From contig CAMBKF010000005.1 of NCBI GenBank assembly GCA_945868085.1, forward strand, positions 5,507-69,506: a stretch of DNA of 64,000 bases, read 5' to 3'. The notes under the pieces were generated by a model. It ran no database searches. It had not been told where the DNA came from and saw nothing but the letters and a program-made list of their open reading frames with translations. Below, in pieces: positions 26,703 through 44,994 of this stretch (position 1 is its first letter; the number at the start of each line of letters is the position of its first letter). This DNA comes from an uncultured Oscillibacter sp. (lineage in GTDB: Bacteria > Bacillota > Clostridia > Oscillospirales > Oscillospiraceae). Both the position numbers and the translations under genes were made by a program.

Positions 26703-27863
26703 ATGGACGCGGTGGGCATCATATGCGAATTTGACCCCCTGCACCGGGGCCACGAAAGGCTGCTGCGCCGGGCCGGGGAATCGGGCCGGGCGGTGGTGTG
26801 CGCCATGAGTGGGAACTTCACCCAGCGTGGCGCCGCGGCCTGCGCAGAGAAATTCACCCGGGCGGAGATGGCCGCACGGTGCGGGGCCGATCTGGTGGTG
26901 GAGCTGCCCACCCCCTGGGCCATGGCCACGGCGGAGAAATTCGCCGACGGCGGCGTGTCCCTCCTGGCCCGATGCGGTGTGAAAACCCTCTATTTCGGCA
27001 GCGAATGCGGGGACGCGGACGCCCTGTGGGCCGCGGCGGAAACGCTGCTGCGGGCGGATGTCCACCGGGCCATCCGGGCGGAAATGGACGGGGGGCTCCC
27101 CTACGCCGCCGCCCGGCAGGCGGTGCTGCAGCGGGAGGCCGGGTGCGGCGCCCTCCTGGCCCAGCCCAACAACACCCTGGCCGTGGAATATCTGAAGGCC
27201 ATCCGGCGGCAGGAGCTCTCCATGGGCGCCGCTACGCTGCGGCGGGAGGACGGCGGCCACCACGGGGCGGCCTCGGCGTCCCGGATCCGGGCGCTGCTGG
27301 CGGCAGGAGAGCAGGCGGAGTCGCTGGATCTGATGCCGTCGGCGGCGGCAGGTATTCTGCGCAGGGCGATAGAAAAAGGCCTGGCCCCGGCAGATCCGGC
27401 CCGGCTGGAGGGGGCCATGCTGGCCCGGCTGCGGCTGATGAGCGAAAATGACTTTGCCCCCTACGACGGGGGCGGCGAGGGGCTGTACCGCCGGGTGTAT
27501 CGGGCGGTGCAGGAGGGGGTCAGCCTGGAGGACATCCTGGCCCGGGCCACCACCAAGCGCTACCCCACCGCCCGGGTGCGGCGGATGCTGTGGGCGGCGT
27601 TTTTGGAGCTGGAGCCGCCTGCGGAGGGCATCCCCTATGTCCGGGTCCTGGCCGCCACGGCTTTGGGCCGCAGGCTCCTGCGGCAGATGCAGGATGACGG
27701 CGTGCCGGTGCTGACCAAGGCGGCGGATGTGGGCCGGTTGGGCCCGGCTGCGGAGGCGCTGTTCACCCGAGAGGCACGGCGGACGGATGTATATGCCCTG
27801 GCCTGCCCCGGCTCTCCCCTCCCCTGCGGCAGCGACTGGCGGCGGACGCCGGTGATGATATGA
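26703..27863 (+). CDS. tmcAL: tRNA(Met) cytidine acetate ligase (HIGH nucleotidyltransferase)
   Basis: GIICEFDPLHRGH, MSGNFTQRG, GADLVVELP, FGSECG, PNNTLAVEY, TKRY. Confidence 0.87.
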   Translation: MDAVGIICEFDPLHRGHERLLRRAGESGRAVVCAMSGNFTQRGAAACAEKFTRAEMAARCGADLVVELPTPWAMATAEKFADGGVSLLARCGVKTLYFGSECGDADALWAAAETLLRADVHRAIRAEMDGGLPYAAARQAVLQREAGCGALLAQPNNTLAVEYLKAIRRQELSMGAATLRREDGGHHGAASASRIRALLAAGEQAESLDLMPSAAAGILRRAIEKGLAPADPARLEGAMLARLRLMSENDFAPYDGGGEGLYRRVYRAVQEGVSLEDILARATTKRYPTARVRRMLWAAFLELEPPAEGIPYVRVLAATALGRRLLRQMQDDGVPVLTKAADVGRLGPAAEALFTREARRTDVYALACPGSPLPCGSDWRRTPVMI

Positions 27864-27903
27864 GGCAGAATCGAACCGAATCTATTTGAAGGAGGAAATT
27901 CCT

Positions 27904-28389
27904 ATGAAAATCACCCATGCGACCATGCGGGATCTGGCGGCGGTCACCGCGGTGGAGGCCGCGTGCTTTCCCCCGGCGGAGGCGGCCACGGAAAAGGATT
28001 TTGCCGGCAGGATCCAGCACTATGGAAACCACTTCTGGCTGCTGTTTGACGGGGACAGGCTCATCGCGTTTGTGGACGGCTTTGTGACGGATGAGGCGGA
28101 TCTCACCGACGAGATGTACGAAAACGCCGCCATGCACAACGAAAACGGCGCATGGCAGATGATCTTCGGCGTGAATACGCTGCCGGAGTACCGCAAGCAC
28201 GGGTATGCCGGGGAGCTGATCCGCCGGGCCATTGACGACGCCCGGGAGCAGGGACGCAAGGGCCTTGTGCTGACGTGCAAGGAAAAGCTCATCCACTACT
28301 ACGGAAAGTTTGGGTTTGTGGACGAGGGCGTATCGGACAAATCCACTCACGGAAACGTTGTGTGGCACCAGATGCGGCTGACCTTTTGA
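27904..28389 (+). CDS. GNAT-family N-acetyltransferase
   Basis: EAACFPPAEAA, YRKHGYAG, LTCKEKLIHYYGKFGF. Confidence 0.88.
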   Translation: MKITHATMRDLAAVTAVEAACFPPAEAATEKDFAGRIQHYGNHFWLLFDGDRLIAFVDGFVTDEADLTDEMYENAAMHNENGAWQMIFGVNTLPEYRKHGYAGELIRRAIDDAREQGRKGLVLTCKEKLIHYYGKFGFVDEGVSDKSTHGNVVWHQMRLTF

Positions 28390-28491
28390 CAAGGGCGGCT
28401 TTGGGTCCGCCGGGTATTTGATTTTGGGCAAAAACAAAATAGGGAGAGCCGTAAGGCTCTCCCTATTTTTATGTTCGCTGATCCCCGCGCC

Positions 28492-29022
28492 CTATTCAAA
28501 GAAGGACCATATGGTTTCATAGAGGGCATCGGTGTTTTTCAGGGCGGTATCCAGGGGTTCGCCGGTGATGTAAGAGGACTGGTCATGGCCTGAGGGGTAG
28601 AGGGTGATCACCGCATAGGCCCCCGCCACCAGGCCGGGCTCCGGGGGTTCGCTGGTGATGTAAGAGGGCCGGTCATCGCCTGCGGGGTAGAGGGTCATGG
28701 TCTCATGGGTCCCCGAGACGGAAACAACAATGGAACACGCCTGGTCGCTGGGCTGTATCAGATCTCTGCTTTTATACGGTCCCTTATACTGGATGTCCGA
28801 CAGGGCCGCACTGATTTTCTCCAGCTCCGCCGGGTCCGTCACTGTAATGCGCGCCCCGTTTACAGAATTATACAGGGTAACCTCCATTTTATCCGCATGG
28901 GCTATGGCCCCGGTGAGGGTCTGCACCTCTTTTTTCGCCGCGATATGGATGTGCGCCATGGCGCCCACCGCAAGGGCTATGACAATCAGTACAGCGCGCA
29001 TAATAAATAGTTTCTTTTTCAT
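28492..29022 (-). CDS. Membrane-anchored hypothetical protein with an internal duplication
   Basis: N-terminal TM; TLYPAGDDRPSYITSEP repeated as TLYPSGHDQSSYITGEP. Confidence 0.7.
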   Translation of the reverse strand: MKKKLFIMRAVLIVIALAVGAMAHIHIAAKKEVQTLTGAIAHADKMEVTLYNSVNGARITVTDPAELEKISAALSDIQYKGPYKSRDLIQPSDQACSIVVSVSGTHETMTLYPAGDDRPSYITSEPPEPGLVAGAYAVITLYPSGHDQSSYITGEPLDTALKNTDALYETIWSFFE

Positions 29023-29185
29023 TTCGTCCTCTTTCTCTCCCGTACACGCAAAAACCGGAGGGAGTGCGGCGAATCTTTGTACTTTTAGTTATAGCATATC
29101 TTCCTGAGCTTTGCAAGCTATTTAAATATTTATGCAATCCAATTTGAAAAAATACAGGGCCGCATCTGCTGTGCGGCCCTGAGGG

Positions 29186-29404
29186 TCAGGAGTTTTTCTC
29201 CAGATCGTCCTTGGTAATTTCCCTGTTTTTCCACTTTTTGGGCAGGCCGGGGCCGATGAGGGGAAAAAGATTTTCCGTGTTGGCCGTGGCCTGGATGTTA
29301 TAGGTGCCCCAGCCGTTGATGATGTCGTGGATGTCCTCCGGGGGCGCGTGGAACTCGTGGACATCCGGGGTAGCATCGTGGGGCAGCTTATGTTTTTCGC
29401 TCAT
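29186..29404 (-). CDS. Small hypothetical protein (72 aa), likely forespore-expressed
   Basis: RBS GGAGG; GTYNIQATANTENLFP core; sigma-G-like promoter upstream. Confidence 0.7.
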   Translation of the reverse strand: MSEKHKLPHDATPDVHEFHAPPEDIHDIINGWGTYNIQATANTENLFPLIGPGLPKKWKNREITKDDLEKNS

Positions 29405-29423
29405 AGTGCATCGCCTCCGGTCA

Positions 29424-29453
29424 TAGGATGCGCGGAGGGATGGGATTTTATGC
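29424..29453 (-). promoter_or_regulatory. Putative sigma-G promoter
   Basis: GCATA-N18-CATCCTA on the minus strand. Confidence 0.55.
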
Positions 29454-29472
29454 GGAAATCGACGCGGATGCA

Positions 29473-29943
29473 TCAGTCCTGCTCTGTGGGCTGCTCCGGC
29501 ATGGAGCGCAGCTCCTGGCGGATCCTACGGAATCGCTCCGGCACCTGGGCGAGGTCCATCTCCTGGGGCACGGCCACGGTGCCGGCTTTTTGGGCTGTTT
29601 CATAGTACCAGCACTTATAATCCACCATTTCCATGGTATGGCGCAGGACCTCCAGCTGCTGCTGCAGGACCTGACGCTGGCGCTGAAACATGGCCAGGCG
29701 GAGAGTGATGGTGTCGTCCCCCTGCAGGGCCATTTCAATATACCGGCGGATGTCCTTGATGGACATGCCGGCTTTTTTCATGCAGCCGATCACCTGCAGC
29801 CACTCTATATCCGACTCCTGGAACATGCGGATGCCGCCGGAGGAACGCTCCACAAAGGGCAGCAGGCCCTCCTTGTCATAGTAGCGCAGAGTGGACGCCG
29901 TGACGCCCAGCAGCTTGGCCATTTCTCCCACTGTGTAAACCAT
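29473..29943 (-). CDS. MerR-family regulator (AdhR/NmlR-like)
   Basis: YTVGEMAK..STLRYYDKEGLLP.V.R..GIRMF, CMKKAGMSIKDI. Confidence 0.92.
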   Translation of the reverse strand: MVYTVGEMAKLLGVTASTLRYYDKEGLLPFVERSSGGIRMFQESDIEWLQVIGCMKKAGMSIKDIRRYIEMALQGDDTITLRLAMFQRQRQVLQQQLEVLRHTMEMVDYKCWYYETAQKAGTVAVPQEMDLAQVPERFRRIRQELRSMPEQPTEQD

Positions 29944-29977
29944 CTGAAAATCCTCCCCAATTTTTTTCAAAACCCTC

Positions 29978-30008
29978 TTGACTTGAAGTGTGCTTTAAGT
30001 TGTAGAAT
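29978..30008 (+). promoter_or_regulatory. MerR-type promoter/operator for the aldo-keto reductase
   Basis: TTGACT-N19-TAGAAT with dyad ACTTGAAG-TGTG-CTTTAAGT across the spacer. Confidence 0.82.
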
Positions 30009-30074
30009 ATACATGAAGTTCAGGTACATCATACTTCCAAACAGAGATTTTGTCAATCACAAGGAGGAATCACG

Positions 30075-30944
30075 ATGATTTTGAAGGAAACCTACACGCT
30101 GGCAAACGGCGTTCAGATCCCCAAGCTGGGGCTCGGCACCTGGTTCATTGGGGACGATCAGGCGGCCCAGGCCGTGGGCGCGGCGGTCAAGCTGGGCTAT
30201 CGGCTCATTGACACGGCCCAGGCCTACGGAAACGAGCGGGGCGTCGGTGAGGGCGTGCGCGGCTGCGGCGTTCCCCGGGAGGAGCTGTTTGTGGCCAGCA
30301 AGGTGGCGGCGGAGCTGAAGACTTACGACGCGGCGGCCAGGTCCATCGACGAAACGCTGGAGAAAATGGGGCTTGACTATCTGGACCAGATGATTATCCA
30401 CTCGCCCCAGCCGTGGAGTGAGTTCCGGGTGGAAAAGCGCTATTTTGAGGAGAACAAAGCCGTCTGGCGGGCCCTGGAGGATGCACAGACGGCGGGCAAG
30501 GTCCGGGTCATCGGCGTATCCAACTTCTTAAAGGATGACCTGGAAAACCTGCTGGGATCCTGCCGGGTAAAGCCCATGGTCAACCAAATTCTGCTGCACA
30601 TCAGCAACACCGATCTGGGGCTGGTGGAATTTTGTCGGGACCAGGGGATCCAGGTGGAGGCCTACTCCCCCATCGCCCACGGCGAGGCGTTGAAGAACCC
30701 GGCCATCGCCGGGATGGCGAAGAAGTACGGCGTATCCGCCGCCCAACTCTGCATCCGCTACGCCATCGAGCTGGGGGCCGTTGCGCTGCCCAAAACCGCA
30801 AATCCCGAGCACATGGCAGACAATGCGGACGTGGATTTTACCATTTCCCAGGAGGACATGGAGACGCTGAAAAGCATGGCGCGGATCGCCGACTATGGCG
30901 AATTCAATGTGTTCCCTGTGTTCAGCGGGAAGCCGCTGGCCTAA
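30075..30944 (+). CDS. Aldo/keto reductase
   Basis: IPKLGLGTW, IDTAQAYGNE, IGVSNF, AYSP, LPKT. Confidence 0.95.
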   Translation: MILKETYTLANGVQIPKLGLGTWFIGDDQAAQAVGAAVKLGYRLIDTAQAYGNERGVGEGVRGCGVPREELFVASKVAAELKTYDAAARSIDETLEKMGLDYLDQMIIHSPQPWSEFRVEKRYFEENKAVWRALEDAQTAGKVRVIGVSNFLKDDLENLLGSCRVKPMVNQILLHISNTDLGLVEFCRDQGIQVEAYSPIAHGEALKNPAIAGMAKKYGVSAAQLCIRYAIELGAVALPKTANPEHMADNADVDFTISQEDMETLKSMARIADYGEFNVFPVFSGKPLA

Positions 30945-30996
30945 CACGGGTGTTTCCGGGCCGAGACGCGGAGAGCGGCCGTTTGGTAAATATAGC

Positions 30997-31044
30997 AAAA
31001 GCGAAAGCGGTGCAGCCCTGAGGCTGCACCGCTTTCGCTTTTTC
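30997..31044 (+). terminator. Intrinsic terminator
   Basis: AAAAGCGAAAGCGGTGCAGCC..GGCTGCACCGCTTTCGCTTTTT. Confidence 0.8.
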
Positions 31045-31166
31045 AGGATTATCCTTACGCCGCGTTTCCGCCTGTATCTGTCCTGCCGACCACGGCTCCC
31101 TTTCCTTCTGCAGCGAAAGAAAGGGAGGAAAGAGCGCCGTCAAAACTCAGGTTTTAAAATCCTGCC

Positions 31167-31567
31167 GGGCGGCGGGGTGTGGGCACCCCGCCCTACGGAT
31201 GACATGAAAGCGGGCAAAAAAATTACGGATCGCCACGCCAGCGGGCGCTGGTTCGCAATGACAGGGGGCGCATGGGTCCGGTATGCGGCGGGACACACAG
31301 GTCCCGCCGCATACCGAAGAATATTTTTTGTTGGACAGGATCTATGTGCCCTGCAGGGGGGCGATATGCGCGGGCCGTCGGGGACGCCGGCCCCTACGGT
31401 TTTACAAGAAATTCTGTGCAAAAATGGGATGGGCGGGGTAGAACCCCGCCCCTACGGAGGCGTAACAATGGGTTGGTGTAGGCGGGCGGACAGAGGCGTC
31501 CGCCCCTACGGCGGGGCATGAAGTACCGTGCGGACCTGGGCGGGACGATGTAGGCATCGGCCCCTAT
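31167..31567. repeat. REP-like palindrome cluster (several GTAG units plus one TGTC-type unit)
   Basis: Same unit types as at 4041 and 14057. Confidence 0.85.
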
Positions 31568-31693
31568 GGGCGCGCAACTCGGAATTTGCCGCGCCGGGCG
31601 ACTACAAGGGCCGGCCCTGCACGCCCGCTTATAGATTCTCCTCAGCGCAAAAAAAGGCTGCCCCGAAGGACAGCCTTTTTATGATTTGAGAAA

Positions 31694-32896
31694 TTACTCC
31701 TCGATGTCGATAACAACGCCGGAACCCACGGTACGGCCACCCTCACGGATAGCGAAACGCAGACCGTTCTCAATGGCGATGGGGGTGATCAGCTCGACCT
31801 TCATGTCGACGTTATCGCCGGGCATGCACATCTCGGTGCCCTCGGGCAGGGTGATGACGCCGGTCACGTCGGTGGTACGGAAGTAGAACTGGGGACGATA
31901 GTTATTGAAGAAGGGAGTGTGACGGCCACCCTCGTCCTTGGTCAGAACGTACACCTGGCCGGTGAACTTGGTGTGGGGATGAATGGAGCCGGGAGCGGAC
32001 AGAACCTGGCCACGCTCGATCTCGGTCTTAGCAACACCACGCAGCAGAGCGCCGATGTTATCGCCGGCTTCAGCGTAGTCCAGCAGCTTGTGGAACATCT
32101 CGATACCGGTGACGACGGTCTCGCGCTTCTCGTCCTGCAGGCCGACGATCTCGACCTTCTCGTTCAGCTTCAGAATACCACGCTCCACACGGCCGGTAGC
32201 AACGGTACCACGGCCGGAGATGGTGAACACGTCCTCGACGGGCATCAGGAAGGGCATATCCTCCTTGCGGTCGGGAGTGGGGATCCACTCGTCAACAGCG
32301 TCCATCAGCTCCTTGATGCACTGATACTCGGGAGCGTTGGGATCGGTGGACTCGGAAACCAGAGCGTTCAGAGCGCTGCCGCGGATGATGGGGGTGTCAT
32401 CGCCGGGGAAGCCATAGAAGTCCAGCAGCTCGCGAACTTCCATCTCGACCAGCTCCAGCAGCTCCTCATCGTCAACCTGGTCGCACTTGTTCAGGAAAAC
32501 CAGCACGGAGGGCACGTTCACCTGGCGGGCCAGCAGCAGGTGCTCACGAGTCTGAGCCATGGGGCCGTCGGAAGCGGCGATGACCAGGATGGCGCCGTCC
32601 ATCTGAGCAGCACCGGTGATCATGTTCTTGATATAGTCGGCGTGGCCCGGGCAGTCAACGTGAGCATAGTGACGCTTCTCGGTCTCATACTCGACGTGGG
32701 CGGTGTTGATGGTGATACCACGCTCGCGCTCTTCGGGAGCCTTATCGATGGAAGAATAGTCGGTGTACTCAGCGCCGCCCTGCATAGCCAGGTACTTGGT
32801 GATGGCAGCGGTCAGAGTGGTCTTACCATGGTCGATGTGACCGATGGTGCCGATGTTAACATGGGGCTTTGTTCTCTCAAATTTCTGCTTAGCCAT
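31694..32896 (-). CDS. tuf: Elongation factor Tu
   Basis: [21 protein letters not shown]. Confidence 0.99.
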   Translation of the reverse strand: MAKQKFERTKPHVNIGTIGHIDHGKTTLTAAITKYLAMQGGAEYTDYSSIDKAPEERERGITINTAHVEYETEKRHYAHVDCPGHADYIKNMITGAAQMDGAILVIAASDGPMAQTREHLLLARQVNVPSVLVFLNKCDQVDDEELLELVEMEVRELLDFYGFPGDDTPIIRGSALNALVSESTDPNAPEYQCIKELMDAVDEWIPTPDRKEDMPFLMPVEDVFTISGRGTVATGRVERGILKLNEKVEIVGLQDEKRETVVTGIEMFHKLLDYAEAGDNIGALLRGVAKTEIERGQVLSAPGSIHPHTKFTGQVYVLTKDEGGRHTPFFNNYRPQFYFRTTDVTGVITLPEGTEMCMPGDNVDMKVELITPIAIENGLRFAIREGGRTVGSGVVIDIEE

Positions 32897-33005
32897 TTGA
32901 AAAAATCCTCCTTAACAATTTGTATTGATTTGTTATTCTGCAATGTTTAACACTAACATTGCTATTTTACAGTATTTCCGGCAGAAAAGCAATCCTAAAT
33001 TAGAA

Positions 33006-35111
33006 TTAATCGTCCCGGCCGGCGTGCTTGCTCACCAGCTTTTCCTGCAGGCTCTTGGGCAGCTCCACATAGTGGCTGGGCTCCATGGTGTACTGACCAC
33101 GGCCCTGGGTGCGGGAGCGCAGGTTGGTGGCGTAACCGAACATCTCGGACAGAGGCACGAAGGCATCGATCTGCTGGGCGCCGGAGCGCATCTCGTAGCC
33201 CTGGATCTGGCCGCGGCGGGCATTCAGGTCGCCGATAACGTCGCCCATATACTCGTCGGGCACGATGACGCACACCTTCATGATGGGCTCCAGCAGCACG
33301 GGATCGGCCTCGCGCATGGCCTCCTTGAAGGCCATGGAACCGGCGATCTTAAAGGCCATTTCGGAGGAGTCCACCTCGTGATAGGAGCCATCGTACAGGG
33401 TGACCTTCACATCCACAACGGGATAGCCGGCCAGCACGCCCGACTGCATGGCGCCCTGAATACCGGCGTCCACAGCGGGAATGAACTCCTTGGGGATGGC
33501 ACCGCCGACCACGGCGTTGACGAACTCGTAGCCCTTGCCGGACTCGTTGGGCTCCAGAGTGATCTTCACATGACCGTACTGGCCGGAACCACCGCTCTGG
33601 CGCTTGTACTTGGTCTCGTGATTGACCTTCTTGCGCACCGTCTCCTTGTAGGCCACCTGGGGAGCGCCCACGTTGGCCTCCACCTTGAACTCACGGAGCA
33701 GACGGTCCACGATGATCTCCAGGTGCAGCTCGCCCATGCCGGCGATGATGGTCTGACCCGTTTCCTCGTCGGTATAGGTGCGGAAGGTGGGATCCTCCTC
33801 GGCAAGCTTGGCCAGGGCAAGACCCATCTTCTCCTGGCCGGCCTTGGTCTTGGGCTCAATGGCCACGCGGATCACGGGCTCGGGGAACTCCATGGATTCC
33901 AGGATGATGGGGTGCTTTTCATCGCACAGGGTATCGCCGGTGGTGGTATTCTTCAGGCCCACCACGGCGGCAATGTCGCCGGAATAGACCGTTTCCAAAT
34001 CCTCACGGTGGTTGGCGTGCATCTGCAGCAGACGGCCCACACGCTCGCGCTTGCCCTTGGTGGCATTGAGCACGGCGGAGCCGGTGTTCAGCGTGCCGGA
34101 ATAGACACGGAAGAAGCACAGCCGGCCCACATAGGGATCGGTCATGATCTTGAATGCCAGCGCGGAGAAGGGCTCATCATCGGAAGGATGACGGTCTTCC
34201 TCCTCGTCGGTCTTGGGATTGGTTCCCTTGATGGCGGGAATATCAGTGGGGGCGGGCATATAGTCCACGATGGCATCCAGCAGCTTCTGGACACCCTTGT
34301 TGCGGTAAGACGAACCGCAGACCACAGGCACCATTTCCACGGCCACGGTGGCCTGACGGATGGCTTTGCGGATCTTGGCCGTGGGGATCTCCTGCCCTTC
34401 CAGATACATCTCCATGATCTCATCATCGAACATGGAAACGGCATCCAGCAGCTTTTCCCGGTACTCATTGGCCAGGTCCATCATGTCCTCGGGGATCGGC
34501 TCCACGCGCATATCCTTGCCCAGCTGATCGTAATAAATATCAGCATTCATCTCCACCAGGTCGATGATACCCTTGAAGGTATCCTCCTTACCGATGGGGA
34601 GCTGAATGGGCACGGCGTTGCACTTGAGACGGTCATGCACCATGTCCATTACGTGGAAGAAATCCGCGCCGGTGATATCCATCTTATTGACGTAAATCAT
34701 CCGGGGGACATGATAGTGATCCGCCTGACGCCACACAGTCTCAGACTGGGGCTCTACGCCGCCCTTGGCGCACATGACGGTGACAGATCCGTCCAGCACA
34801 CGCAGAGAACGCTCCACCTCTACAGTAAAGTCCACATGGCCCGGAGTATCAATGATGTTGATACGGGTCTGGGGGAACTGATCCTTGGAGCCCTTCCAGT
34901 AGCAGGTGGTTGCAGCGGAGGTGATGGTGATACCACGCTCCTGCTCCTGCTCCATCCAGTCCATGGTGGCCGTACCCTCGTGGGTCTCGCCAATTTTATA
35001 ATTGACGCCCGTATAGTACAAAATGCGCTCCGTCGTGGTGGTCTTGCCTGCATCAATGTGGGCCATGATGCCGATATTTCTTGTGTTTTCCAGTGTAACC
35101 TTTCTCGGCAT
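33006..35111 (-). CDS. fusA: Elongation factor G
   Basis: [25 protein letters not shown]. Confidence 0.99.
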   Translation of the reverse strand: MPRKVTLENTRNIGIMAHIDAGKTTTTERILYYTGVNYKIGETHEGTATMDWMEQEQERGITITSAATTCYWKGSKDQFPQTRINIIDTPGHVDFTVEVERSLRVLDGSVTVMCAKGGVEPQSETVWRQADHYHVPRMIYVNKMDITGADFFHVMDMVHDRLKCNAVPIQLPIGKEDTFKGIIDLVEMNADIYYDQLGKDMRVEPIPEDMMDLANEYREKLLDAVSMFDDEIMEMYLEGQEIPTAKIRKAIRQATVAVEMVPVVCGSSYRNKGVQKLLDAIVDYMPAPTDIPAIKGTNPKTDEEEDRHPSDDEPFSALAFKIMTDPYVGRLCFFRVYSGTLNTGSAVLNATKGKRERVGRLLQMHANHREDLETVYSGDIAAVVGLKNTTTGDTLCDEKHPIILESMEFPEPVIRVAIEPKTKAGQEKMGLALAKLAEEDPTFRTYTDEETGQTIIAGMGELHLEIIVDRLLREFKVEANVGAPQVAYKETVRKKVNHETKYKRQSGGSGQYGHVKITLEPNESGKGYEFVNAVVGGAIPKEFIPAVDAGIQGAMQSGVLAGYPVVDVKVTLYDGSYHEVDSSEMAFKIAGSMAFKEAMREADPVLLEPIMKVCVIVPDEYMGDVIGDLNARRGQIQGYEMRSGAQQIDAFVPLSEMFGYATNLRSRTQGRGQYTMEPSHYVELPKSLQEKLVSKHAGRDD

Positions 35112-35144
35112 ACTGTTCTCCTTTTTTTACCGATTATGCCGCGA

Positions 35145-35615
35145 TCACCAACGGAAATGGGCGAATGCCTTGTTGGATTCGGCCATCTTGTGGGTATCTT
35201 CGCGTTTCTTGACTGCGCTGCCGGTGTTGTTGGCAGCATCCATGATCTCACCTGCCAGGCGCTCAGCCATGGTGCGCTCGCTGCGGGCGCGGGAATAAGC
35301 GGTCAGCCAGCGCAGACCCAGGGTCTGACGACGGGCGGGACGCACTTCCATGGGGACCTGATAGGTAGCACCGCCCACACGGCGGGCCTTGACTTCGAGG
35401 CTGGGCATGATGTTTTCCATGGCCTCGGTGAAAACTTCCAGGGGCTCCTTGTCGGTCTTCTCCTTGATGATGTCAAAGGCACCATAGACGACCTTCTGAG
35501 CCACGCCCTTCTTACCGTCCAGCATGATGCTGTTGACCAGCTTGGTCACCAGCACGGAGCCGTACATAGGATCGGGCAAAATTTCTCTCTTGGGAACATT
35601 ACCTCTTCTGGGCAC
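35145..35615 (-). CDS. rpsG: 30S ribosomal protein S7
   Basis: GTG start [22 protein letters not shown]. Confidence 0.98.
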   Translation of the reverse strand: MPRRGNVPKREILPDPMYGSVLVTKLVNSIMLDGKKGVAQKVVYGAFDIIKEKTDKEPLEVFTEAMENIMPSLEVKARRVGGATYQVPMEVRPARRQTLGLRWLTAYSRARSERTMAERLAGEIMDAANNTGSAVKKREDTHKMAESNKAFAHFRW

Positions 35616-35740
35616 TTTGCTTCCCTCCTTCATAAAAATATGATTTCATAGGTACTCAGCGGCGCTTTTCACCGCTGTACGGCCTGCCAAAGAGGTAATA
35701 CATATATAAACCTTTTCGGCAAAGCTCAATTCAGATGTGC

Positions 35741-36157
35741 TTACTTGCTCTTGGGACGCTTGGCGCCGTACTTGGAGCGAGCCTGCATACGGCCATTGAC
35801 ACCCTGGGTATCCAGCGTACCACGGATGATGTGGTAACGGACGCCGGGCAGGTCCTTCACACGGCCGCCGCGGATCATGACCACGGAGTGCTCCTGCAGG
35901 GAGTGACCCACGCCGGGAATATAAGCGGTGACCTCGTAGCCGTTGGTCAGGCGCACACGGGCGATCTTACGCAGAGCGGAGTTAGGCTTCTTGGGGGTGG
36001 CAGTTCTCACGGCGGTGCAGACACCACGCTTCTGAGGAGCGGAAAGGTTGGTTTCCTTGTTCTTCAGAGTGTTCAGGCCCTTCTGCATAGCGGGGGAATT
36101 GGACTTGTAGGTGGCCTGCTTTCTGCCCTGCTTGACCAGCTGATTAAAGGTAGGCAT
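35741..36157 (-). CDS. rpsL: 30S ribosomal protein S12
   Basis: [28 protein letters not shown]. Confidence 0.99.
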   Translation of the reverse strand: MPTFNQLVKQGRKQATYKSNSPAMQKGLNTLKNKETNLSAPQKRGVCTAVRTATPKKPNSALRKIARVRLTNGYEVTAYIPGVGHSLQEHSVVMIRGGRVKDLPGVRYHIIRGTLDTQGVNGRMQARSKYGAKRPKSK

Positions 36158-36248
36158 GCTTAGTTTCTCCTTTCTATAGATTGATGTTGGGAGAAAGTCT
36201 CCCTATATTTTCCACGGAATAAAGGGATTTTATTCCGGATGGAACGGA

Positions 36249-36497
36249 TCACTGGGGTTTTAGCTCCGCGGCGGCGGCGCAGCCCACGTCGATGCGGCAG
36301 GCTTGTCCCAGCCGGGACATGGTCATTCCCTGCTCCACAGGGACCCCCGCCTGCCGGCAAAGCTGCGCCAGGGGCTCCGTCAGCGCCGGGTCGGCGTCAC
36401 ACGCCAGGTAGACCCGCGCCGCCAGCCCTTTTGCCACGGCCTTCTGCGTCTGGCGCAGGCCGGTGACTCTTGGATGCAGGCTGTGTGTGTCCTCCAC
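36249..36497 (-). CDS. L7Ae-family RNA-binding protein (YbxF-like)
   Basis: GLRQTQKA..VYLACDAD..M..LG.AC.IDVG; first gene of the str operon. Confidence 0.85.
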   Translation of the reverse strand: MEDTHSLHPRVTGLRQTQKAVAKGLAARVYLACDADPALTEPLAQLCRQAGVPVEQGMTMSRLGQACRIDVGCAAAAELKPQ

Positions 36498-36556
36498 GCA
36501 GGTCCCTCCCGTTTGTGCATAACAAAATCCGCAGGATGCTACCCACGCAAGTTAGA

Positions 36557-36585
36557 ATTATAGCATAGCCTTGAAAATGCGTCAA
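36557..36585 (-). promoter_or_regulatory. Sigma-A promoter of the str operon
   Basis: TTGACG-N17-TATAAT with extended TG. Confidence 0.8.
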
Positions 36586-36695
36586 GAGCCAGGGGCGGAT
36601 TTTTTTGTATATTTCACTGAAATTTTTCCGGTTATTCCGGCGAAATAGGCAAAAGCCGGGTGGGGCGCCCTGGTTGGGGCAAGAGGCATTTCCCG

Positions 36696-36857
36696 GCGGG
36701 TGGACAGAGGCGTCGGCCCCTACGGGCGGGGTGGAAGTGCAGCGTCGGGAGAATACGGATTGCCACAGCCAGTTTGCAAACTGGCTTCGCAATGACAGGT
36801 TTTTTTATAAGGAGTACGGCGTTTAACGGGCGGCGGGGTGTGGGCACCCCGCCCTAC
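36696..36857. repeat. REP-like palindrome cluster
   Basis: Two CCCTAC-ending units flanking GGATTGCCAC..TTCGCAATGACA. Confidence 0.82.
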
Positions 36858-37016
36858 GGATGGCAAGGGGCAGTGCTCAGTAGTTTTTGAAACTTTTCCA
36901 AAGTTTCAAAAGCTTAAACGGCGGAGCGAAAAGAATTTTTCGATACGCTGAAAAGCCCCCGCCGGGAGCGGGGGCTTTTGCGTTTTAGGAAAAAGTTTTG
37001 CTTAAACCGTGAAGGA

Positions 37017-40730
<3,714 letters not shown>

Positions 40731-40750
40731 TGTAAAAGCTCCTCCCTTCC

Positions 40751-44434
<3,684 letters not shown>

Positions 44435-44648
44435 CTTCAATACTCACGCCTTTCTTGCTTTTATCTCAACTTGATTTGCTTACTGTTTTCAGGGCTTTTG
44501 GCGGGATGCGCATCGGGGTCTCGCGTGACACGCACGGACTTGTTGTTTCTTTTGCGCCCCGCCCGCTTGTATTTTCCATCGGGAGATGGTATCCTATGAA
44601 CAGATTTTAAAAGGGGATATGCCCCCACTATCCGAACATAATCGATTC

Positions 44649-44678
44649 ATTATAGCAGGTCAAGCGCCTGCTTGTCAA
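44649..44678 (-). promoter_or_regulatory. Sigma-A promoter of rpoBC with about 200-nt leader
   Basis: TTGACA-N18-TATAAT with extended TG. Confidence 0.75.
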
Positions 44679-44745
44679 TAGGTTTTTGCGGTTTTCCGGG
44701 CTGTGGCCCGGATTTTTTTGTTTTTGGGGCGCGGATAGGGGGATT

Positions 44746-44894
44746 ACGGATTGCCACGGGCGCTTTGCGCCCTCGCAATGACAGGGTCTTTGCAAGGGGT
44801 GCGGTGGGCGGCGGGGTGAGGGCACCCCGCCCTACAGTTTTTTGCCAGGGGTGCAGCGCAGGATAGGCAGGCCGATGCTCACATCGGCCCCTAC
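44746..44894. repeat. REP-like palindrome cluster
   Basis: GGATTGCCACGGGCG..CGCCCTCGCAATGACA plus two CCCTAC-ending units. Confidence 0.82.
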
Positions 44895-44994
44895 GAAATG
44901 GTAATGAGCAAGGAGCTGTCCCCCGGGATAAAAACAACCCCCTGCGCGGCTATTTCTGCCGTGCAGGGGGTTCCCTATATAATACGCGATCTAA

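Noticed and set aside
31060-31165. Structured stretch between the reductase terminator and the REP cluster
   Set aside because: Single copy in this window and no recognisable RNA family, so it cannot be supported.
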